NCBI GenBank assembly: GCA_051294375.1
Contig: JBJCIZ010000368.1
Location: 53,454 to 69,096, forward strand
Direction: 5' to 3'
From: Paraspadella gotoi
Taxonomy: Eukaryota; Animalia; Chaetognatha
DNA length: 15,643 nt
Below the pieces are notes generated by a model. The model had not been told where the DNA came from. It ran no database searches and worked only from the letters and a program-made list of their open reading frames with translations. The translations under genes were made by a program, and so were the position numbers. The first letter of the stretch is position 1; every line of letters begins with the position of its first letter. This document shows positions 7,876 to 15,643 of the stretch, one piece after another.

Positions 7876-10800
7876 ATCTTTCCACTGGAAGATGGGTAAT
7901 CTAGCTAAAGGTAGTACAAACTAGTCTCTCATCAGGGAAAGAGGTAAGTAGGTAAGTATGTATGTAAAGGAAAACAGATATAAACAAAGGGTAAGGGTAC
8001 ATAAAAGGGAGAAAAGGGAGAGGAAGGTTTGCAGACCCCGAGACGAGAGGAGAAGTTGAGAGAGTCTGTCCGATCTCAAGACTCTATCCGTGACTCGGAG
8101 ATGAAGAGGAGGGACGATAGGGAGGAGGAGGCGTTGAGAGGGAAAGAGAAGGCCGGGGAGAGAGAGGTTCTGGCGTAGGGTGAGCCTCTATCTTGTGGCC
8201 CCTCTCTTGGTCGGAGAAGCCCACATTGGGTCTTGAAATGTCACAGGTGGGCGTCGCCATCATCTTGTGTGGGCCTAGTGTGGGCGTGAGTTCGTGGAGA
8301 GGTAGGGGCACAGGCGGACGCCAGCCGGTCAGGTGGGGTAGACGCGTTGTTTGGGGGGGCGGGGGGGATGTCGTCTTAGTCTCTCCTCTAGAGTCGACGC
8401 CTTCATTGGTAGGTTGGGAGAGAGGCGCTGGTTGAGAGGCGGAAAAACGGAATCGCCTTGAGTCTCGTGGATCGACGTTCGGAGGTGGAAGGAGGAAGAG
8501 ATTAATTTTTCGCCTGAGTCTTGTGCGGGGTTGACTTTGAGAGGGGACGAGGTAACAATAGTTTGGGGGGAGGGAAAGCACGCTACTTGTAATTTCAATT
8601 TTTTTGTTTTGTTTTGATTTTTTTTTTCAAAGAATATAATTGGATCCAAAGAAAAGATAATGTGTTATAACACCAAAAGTCAACCCAATTTCCTTTTAAA
8701 TATTTACAAGGAAAAATGGGAGAGAAAAGATGGTGAAACTATCAATAGACCAAACTGTAAAACTAATAATTAAAACCCACTACAGATGATGAAACACACA
8801 ATCTAAATATGAAACTAGAACGTTTCAATGATAATTAAATTTTGTTTTAAAAGATTTCAAAATTCTAAACTTTACGGGAAAAGATTGGCAAAAAAAAATG
8901 TAGTTATAAGCAATGGATCATACTGTGAAAATAACCAATAGAAACTAAAAGGTGAATGAAAGCTCAATAAAATCAATAAACTAGGAGTAATAGCGTTCAA
9001 AAAAAAAAAAAACCGGAAATTTAAAAAAAAATATCTAAATTCGAGATTAAAATTTTATATCCGAAATTTAAATTTTACTTTTCGGGAATTATACGGTAAA
9101 GTAGCAACGGAAATCATGCAATAACATTACCTCTTTTGAACTGTAATTGTAATAAAAAAATATAACTGTATTTTGAAAAAACAATAAGGGTCATGTTGGT
9201 TACACAAAAGGGGAAAAAAATGGGGGGGGGAGAAGGGAAAGGAGAGAGCAAGAGATAGAAGAGGAGACGATTGTCGTTGATCCTATAGAGGTCGCTGCAG
9301 ATCACCGTGATGAGAAGAGGATGGCGTTGACCGGGAGAACGTAAGAACGATGGAGATTTCGCGGAGAGGTTGAAGTTCGGAGAGTCATTTTTTGTTGTTT
9401 TTATTTTCATGATTCAGGAGTCCGTGTGAAGGGGAGATGCCAGGGAGAGAGATAGAGGGGGGATAGGTTGGGGTGGGGAAGAAGGTTAAAGCGGAGAAAT
9501 GAGAGGAAGAGGAAGGGTTTTTTGCGATCTGAGGATCGCCATCGCCCATCCATCGTCGTCGTCATCTCGCCATCATCCGTCGCCATCGTCATCGCCGTCG
9601 ACGTTACGCCCGGTTCGTTTCGACCTAAAGGCAGACTCCGTACCTAACTGGATAATGAAATTGAGAATGGTTTAAATATGTTATTGTGATAATTCTAAGC
9701 TGTGACCTTTGCTTAACTTATTAATTCTGGGAATGGTTTGACTAGATAATTTTTTTTTAATCCTTTTGTTTTTAAAGTGAACATTTTGGCAAGGACAAGG
9801 CAAAAAAAAAAAAAAAAACAGGGTAACAAGGTTTGTTTTCCATACTGTTAACTTAAATAATTTTTTATACTCAACATACTTAATATAATTGTACTGTTGA
9901 TTCCATGGATGATGGTTGAACCAATGACTCGTCTTGGTTCCTAGGAAATGAGTCCAGCAGGAGAAATACCTGAAGCTAAGAGATTTAATCAGTGAAGGTT
10001 CAGATCTTTAAGGGAATTAATTTCAAATGAATAAAAATATCAAATAACCGAAATTAATGATCAGAATTGATGAAGGAAGGAGACAACAACGGAAAACCAA
10101 GTAAGCTGGAAGTCAGGAAGTAAAACAAAAGCGCAAAAGATAAAAAAGGTGCAAGAGCAACGTCATATATGCGGCATCTGATTAATAATCAGATAATGAA
10201 ACCTTTTGTTTCATATTTAAATCAGTCAGCAGTCACCAGATGGTTCCCGCTTTTAAAAACCTATTGTTTTGATTGTTTCTTTAACTGATTGATCAAACTG
10301 ATTTCACTCTGTTTTTCACTCTCATAATAATGTTCTCATCAAATCATTTAATACTGTTTTTATTCTCTCTCCAATGTACTAACACATTAAAGAATGATAC
10401 ATAAATATTCATCACCTAAGATATACAATTGGAGAATTAAAAAAAAAAATTAAACATCATAAATGGGAGAAAAAGTTTAAAAATAGGTAAAATAGGTAGG
10501 ATTATTATAATTATGATATGAGAGTCTTTAGGGCGCCGATATCAGATGTAAATTTTACCTTCGCCTCGATTTCACTTTTCTGTCATTTTAATATCATTTT
10601 TTGTCTTCGCCTTTCCATTGCTATTTCCCAAGCCGCAAAATTTGGTTGTCCTTGGCAACTTGTTATACGTACGGTGTTAACAACGATTAACCTTATTTCA
10701 CTTTTTTTCCGTTTTTTCATCTAAACTAAAAAAAATAAATTATGTATTAAATAATTAAATTGTACACTTGTACAGTCATACTTTTTCTTTCCAACCTCAG

Positions 10801-11244
10801 CCGATGCCACTATGTTATTTTTTATCTTTTATCTGATTATTTTTGGTTTTTTTGTTTTTGTTTGTTTTCGGCGGTCGATGGAGCGAATGGCTTGCACTTC
10901 CCATCCTATTTTCGAGCCGGGAACTAATCCCTCTTTCAGGTGCAAACTCCTGTTTTGGTCTTCGCTTCGAAACAGGGAAGGAAAAAAAAAACAGGAAAAA
11001 AAACAAAAGAGGACATTTGCTGCGTCGCGAAGATGATTAGGAATTTACACCTGACGGGCGAGCGGTGGGAAACGGAAAACAAGGAGCCAATTGGCGGGAA
11101 AAGTGAAAGGAAGAGGACAGAAGAGGCAAATTAGAAAATGGCGCGGCTGGTGGGAATGAAAGAAAAGGGAAAAAAAGAAGGAAAGAAGAAAATAATGAAT
11201 GAAAGATAAAAAAGTTAATTGGTCAATGTTTTAGAACCTCATGT

Positions 11245-11294
<50 letters not shown>
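11245..11294. repeat. (ATG)16 microsatellite
   Basis: Directly visible perfect trinucleotide run. Confidence 0.97.
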
Positions 11295-11367
11295 AGATTC
11301 TATTTATGTTAAATCATTCGGCATGTTTAATGCGAATTGAGACCGTGGATGATGATAATTACTGCGG

Positions 11368-11432
11368 CGACGACGATGACGACGACGACCATAACGACGA
11401 CGACACGACCATAACGACGACGACGCGACGTC
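11368..11432. repeat. GAC-rich low-complexity tract with duplicated GACCATAACGACGACGAC
   Basis: Directly visible. Confidence 0.8.
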
Positions 11433-11886
11433 GATGCTAATGACGTCGCAGAAAATCGACTATGAATTCTTTTTCGTCGTCGACCTCGTTTGGGGGGGTG
11501 GGCCGAGAGAAACATCATGACCTCCGGAAGAAAAAGGAGAGGAGAGGGAGATAGAGAGAGAGAGACAATGGAGAAAAAAGGGAATGAATGAGCGAGAGGG
11601 AGACGAAGAGAGAGAGGGAGACGATTGAAAAAAATGAACGAAAGAAAAAAGAGAGAGAGGAGACGGAGATAGAGAGGAGACAGTAGGGAGAAAAAGGGAA
11701 TGTTGTAGATGGGGAGATATATGACAAAGATTACTAGAGAGAGGTAGCGAATTAATAATATTATTACCGTTATTGAATTTACTTTTTTTCAAAGTAGAAA
11801 CGAGAGAAAATCCGATTGAAAAAAAATGGGCGGATTTACAATCACCCAAAGCTCTCGGTTTCTGTGAGTGAATGAAAGAAAATGAA

Positions 11887-11911
11887 GAGAGAGAGAGAGA
11901 GAGAGAGAGAC

Positions 11912-11963
<52 letters not shown>

Positions 11964-11969
11964 AGAGAG
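11887..11969. repeat. Imperfect (AG)n microsatellite in a purine-rich tract
   Basis: Directly visible. Confidence 0.95.
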
Positions 11970-12144
11970 GATAAAAGGACGACAGAAAAAAAGAAATGAA
12001 TGAGCAAAGGGAATCTGAAATTTTTTTTTTTCTTTTTTCTTTTCGTTTCTTTTTATCATTTTCTTTTCATCGATTCTTTTCCTTCATTTTGTCGTTTAAC
12101 ATATTTTACCTTTTATCGANNNNNNNNNNNNNNNNNNNNNNNNN

Positions 12145-12813
12145 GGGGTGGCCTTAGCCCTCCCCACCAATTTCGATAGTTGCCTCGAGCGTCTCGTGCT
12201 CGATGGTGGATATGATTATGGTAAATTTCAAATGGCAGTTTATTTAATACTTTGTATTTAAAAAAATATTTTTTTATGTTTTCCAGATGTGGCGTGGCGC
12301 GTTTGCGCCGAAGAGTGGGGACCACCGACCCCGTCGTCGTGGTCGTCGTCGTCTTCGGCGTCGTCCTCTCCTTGGCGTCGTCCTCGTCAACGTCACCGTC
12401 CTCTTTGGCGTCGCCGTCCTCATCGTCATTCTTTCGCCGTCGTCATCGTCGTCGGCCTCGTCTTCGGGGTCATTGGGGCGACCCAACAGAGCCATATCGG
12501 TTTAATACTAAGCTGACGTTTAATCTCTCGCTAAATTTTATTAAATCTCATTTTTTATGATTGACAGAAACGCCGTTTATTCTATGGCCGTGATAGCGGC
12601 GGTGGCGTGGCTGCGGCGACTGCGCGGTGGCGCTGTTGGCGGCGACAGCGGAGGGCGGCGAGCCGCATATTCCAGCGGCGAGAAGCGGCAGGGGGAAAGG
12701 GGGGAAGAATAAGAAGAAGACGTCGTCCTCGATGTGGGGACGATGATGACAGCGTTGGGTGGAGGGAGAGAGAGGTGGAGGGGGGATTGGGGAGAGAAGA
12801 GGACGAGTTTTAA
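12145..12813 (+). CDS. Copy B of the spliced Ser-rich gene (5' end in gap; introns 12221-12286 and about 12500-12567)
   Basis: GVALALPTNFDSCLERLVLDGGYDY splices in frame (phase 1) to DVAWRVCAEEWGPPTPSSWSSS. Ends ...GREEDEF* at 12813. Later indels disturb the frame. Confidence 0.6.
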
Positions 12814-13268
12814 ATTTTTTTTTTTATTGTTATCTGCGGTTTTTTTAATAAATTTTTTCCGCCTAACTTTTCGTTTTAATATTTACCTACATCGTTTTAA
12901 TATTTAGCTACGTTGATAGATTCTAACTGAGTCAATTAAAGAAATAATAATAAATGGAATAAAACAGTTTGTTTTATTAATAAACCAAACAATAAAACAA
13001 AAAAGTGCATAAAAAAATAAAGCAATCGCCAACCAAGGATGTCTTTAGTATGCAAAGATTCAAATACCTCAATTTACATAATAGCGATGTCAATCAAAAA
13101 TGCCTGTTGTGTGCAATTCGAGTTTCAGTGCTGACGTCTATCTTTCGTGTGAGACGTCGTATGCAATTCCGATTTCAGCGATGGCGTCACAGTCTTTTCG
13201 TGTGAAATTATGCAATATTCTAAGTTATATTCCGTATTCATACAGACGAAAGTCAATCTGCATCTACT
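12145..13268. repeat. Direct duplication, copy B of the ~1.15 kb block (partner 2790-3943)
   Basis: Begins at the edge of the 25-N gap and diverges from copy A after ...aatctgcatc. Confidence 0.95.
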
Positions 13269-13564
13269 TCCCAAATATCCCCCGCCCTATTACTCGCCTT
13301 TTTCCGCCGCCTTCGACGAGGCTCCGACGCGTTGTAGAAAGACAAAGAGCAACGACGGTCGCCAACAACAACAAACATAAGTTGTCTCAAAGGCCGCCGC
13401 CACCAACTTCTCTTTCGCTAAGCAAGCGAGTGGACGAGGATGTCGAGATCGATGCGACGTTGCGCCAGGTGCCCGCCGGATACGAACCGCCTTCGCCACC
13501 CAATTTGTGTCTGACGGAACAGGCTTTTGCCGTTGAAAAAATGTTAAAGCAAATGGTCAACTGA
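13039..13564 (+). CDS. Uncharacterised protein with Pro-rich C-terminal half, interrupted by indels
   Basis: ATG at 13039 (3708 in copy A). The frame MPVVCNSSFSADVYLSCETSYAIPISAMASQ is supported by four synonymous copy differences (TCA/TCG, TGC/TGT, CCA/CCG, GCA/GCG). Stop at 13564, or at 13380 depending on indel correction. Confidence 0.5.
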
Positions 13565-13676
13565 AGAGACTAATAAGACTAAAAGAACTATCTAAATCGA
13601 AAGAAATAAGAAATAATAATTTTTTAATTTAAATTATTCAAATCCGTATCTTTTTTAATATAAAAAAAAATTAGAT

Positions 13677-14472
13677 TCAATCGCCGCTTTCGATTCGTTT
13701 TAGATTAGTCAGATATTGTTCGAATTTATCCTTGAGAGGATGATTATAAGGTAGACTATTGAATCGCGAAAATCCAATATCTTTCATTTCTAAATTGGTT
13801 AATGATAATTTAGTTAAAGTTTCGAAATAAATTCTGTGATTTAGACTACGTAGCCTGTGTTTACGATTATAAATAGCCTGATCGGTTAGTAAAACGTTAG
13901 ATAGTTTGAATGAGAAAGTTCTGATTCTCCACGGCTTCTTGCACTCCTTTGGCTTTGATCGAGTTGATGGGGACGACGACGCCTCCCACACCATCCTCCT
14001 CTCTCCTCTAGTAAAGATTGCAAAATTCGAGGACGTCGCAATCTTCCCCGGCATCCGGTTCCAAACCCGCATCCGCCGCGCGCGGCCGCTGCTGCTGCTG
14101 CTGCCGCCGCCGCCGCCCGTCCGCCGCCGGCCGGTCCGCCGGGTCCGCCCGGGTCCGCCGGGTTCGGAGATTGGGGAGCGGTAAGTTGGTAAAAGCTCGG
14201 TCGGGTGTTTCCCGAGACAGTTTGAGAATCTTTTCAAATTCTTCCAGATTGACGGGGGAATCTCGGGTGGTTGGGGATTGGACCAAGGTGGTCGGGAGGA
14301 ATCTGAGATCGTTGCGTTGCTCCTCGGGTAATTCGAACGGCCATCTGAGATTTAATGACAATTTAAGAAAGAGAGAGAGAGAGAGAGAGAGATTAATTAC
14401 AACTTACATTCTGGTGGGTTGATGGCTTTGGGTAAAATTTCCAGAGAATAAAGTTTGGGCTTTCATCCAAAC
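13677..14472 (-). CDS. Last exons of an uncharacterised spliced gene (exon 14472-14408, 63-nt intron 14407-14345, exon 14344 to about 13677 with at least one frameshift)
   Basis: CTTTAG acceptor, GTAAGT donor and CTCAG acceptor join VWMKAQTLFSGNFTQSHQPTRI in frame to WPFELPEEQRNDLRF...VNLEEFEKILKLSRE. This frame stops at 14008. The protein-like tail LSNVLLTDQAIYNRKHRL...KRIESGD* lies in another frame. Confidence 0.5.
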
Positions 14473-15445
14473 CTAAAGGCTACGACTGANNNNNNNNNNN
14501 NNNNNNNNNNNNNNNNNNNNNNNNNNNNNNNNNNNNNNNNNNNNNNNNNNNNNNNNNNNNNNNNNNNNNNNNNNNNNNNNNNNNNNNNNNNNNNNNNNNN
14601 NNNNNNNNNNNNNNNNNNNNNNNNNNNNNNNNNNNNNNNNNNNNNNNNNNNNNNNNNNNNNNNNNNNNNNNNNNNNNNNNNNNNNNNNNNNNNNNNNNNN
14701 NNNNNNNNNNNNNNNNNNNNNNNNNNNNNNNNNNNNNNNNNNNNNNNNNNNNNNNNNNNNNNNNNNNNNNNNNNNNNNNNNNNNNNNNNNNNNNNNNNNN
14801 NNNNNNNNNNNNNNNNNNNNNNNNNNNNNNNNNNNNNNNNNNNNNNNNNNNNNNNNNNNNNNNNNNNNNNNNNNNNNNNNNNNNNNNNNNNNNNNNNNNN
14901 NNNNNNNNNNNNNNNNNNNNNNNNNNNNNNNNNNNNNNNNNNNNNNNNNNNNNNNNNNNNNNNNNNNNNNNNNNNNNNNNNNNNNNNNNNNNNNNNNNNN
15001 NNNNNNNNNNNNNNNNNNNNNNNNNNNNNNNNNNNNNNNNNNNNNNNNNNNNNNNNNNNNNNNNNNNNNNNNNNNNNNNNNNNNNNNNTTAAATCGGGAC
15101 TGAAAAAAAAAATAAAAAGAAAGGTGGTTCGTTTAATGGATTAATGAGAGAGATTAATTAATCTTACTAGGATGATTTCAAATCGGTNNNNNNNNNNNNN
15201 NNNNNNNNNNNNNNNNNNNNNNNNNNNNNNNNNNNNNNNNNNNNNNNNNNNNNNNNNNNNNNNNNNNNNNNNNNNNNNNNNNNNNNNNNNNNNNNNNNNN
15301 NNNNNNNNNNNNNNNNNNNNNNNNNNNNNNNNNNNNNNNNNNNNNNNNNNNNNNNNNNNNNNNNNNNNNNNNNNNNNNNNNNNNNNNNNNNNNNNNNNNN
15401 NNNNNNNNNNNNNNNNNNNNNNNNNNNNNNNNNNNNNNNNNNNNN

Positions 15446-15542
15446 TCACCACTACGTCTTTTCGCCAGGAAGGAAACGCCATGGGTAGGTACAACCAATA
15501 ATATTCGAGGACTCTTCTCTTGGCCGTCTCGAGATTGCAGGC
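15446..15542 (-). CDS. Possible exon fragment (CNLETAKRRVLEYYWLYLPMAFPSWRKDVVV), running into a gap
   Basis: Preceded on the minus strand by a long pyrimidine tract ending TTCATCAG. Could belong to the 13677-14472 gene. Confidence 0.3.
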
Positions 15543-15643
15543 TGATGAAAAAAAAGAAAAAGAGACAGAGAGACGAGAGGAGAAGGCGAAAAAAACAACA
15601 AACAAAAACAAAATTGTAAGATTTCCTCTAACCTCCGACAAAA

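Noticed and set aside
8084-8649. Pro/Ser-rich minus-strand ORFs
   Set aside because: GC-richer island that might be an error-ridden exon, but it has no recognisable domain, clear splice pair or second copy to fix the frame.
9114-9650. Asp-rich then Pro/Ser-rich minus-strand stretch after TTATCCAG/TTAG
   Set aside because: Possible exon, but it needs several frameshifts and is low complexity, so it is not supportable.
11460-12059. Long SL-repeat ORFs
   Set aside because: Produced by (AG)n/(CT)n microsatellite and purine-rich tracts that lack stop codons.
13878-13891. TACTAAC followed closely by CAG on the minus strand
   Set aside because: No convincing upstream donor was found and the frame reads through it as LLTDQA, so it is treated as coincidental.
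14455-15641. ORFs spanning N runs
   Set aside because: Their length is an artefact of assembly gaps.

Overview
Gapped, AT-rich eukaryotic (probably invertebrate) scaffold with short GT-AG introns, microsatellites and many 1-bp indels. It contains a degraded or error-laden endogenous Polinton/Maverick (adintovirus-like) element. Three minus-strand viral genes are recognisable: an A32/FtsK-type packaging ATPase split by one frameshift just after Walker A (1414-2095), a small basic Polinton-type protein right downstream (start 1409, cut by a gap), and an ORF resembling the N-terminal region of Polinton-type polymerase B (439-1077, duplicated at about 6286-6925). Next to the ATPase is a compact array of unrecognised genes, several with 63-68 nt introns. 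Their frames were inferred from synonymous changes between two diverged copies of a 1.15 kb block (2790-3943 and 12145-13268). A possible AGTAGT-type element end lies at 7018. No integrase, capsid, protease or polymerase catalytic core is visible. All family assignments come from motif recognition by eye, not from database searches.
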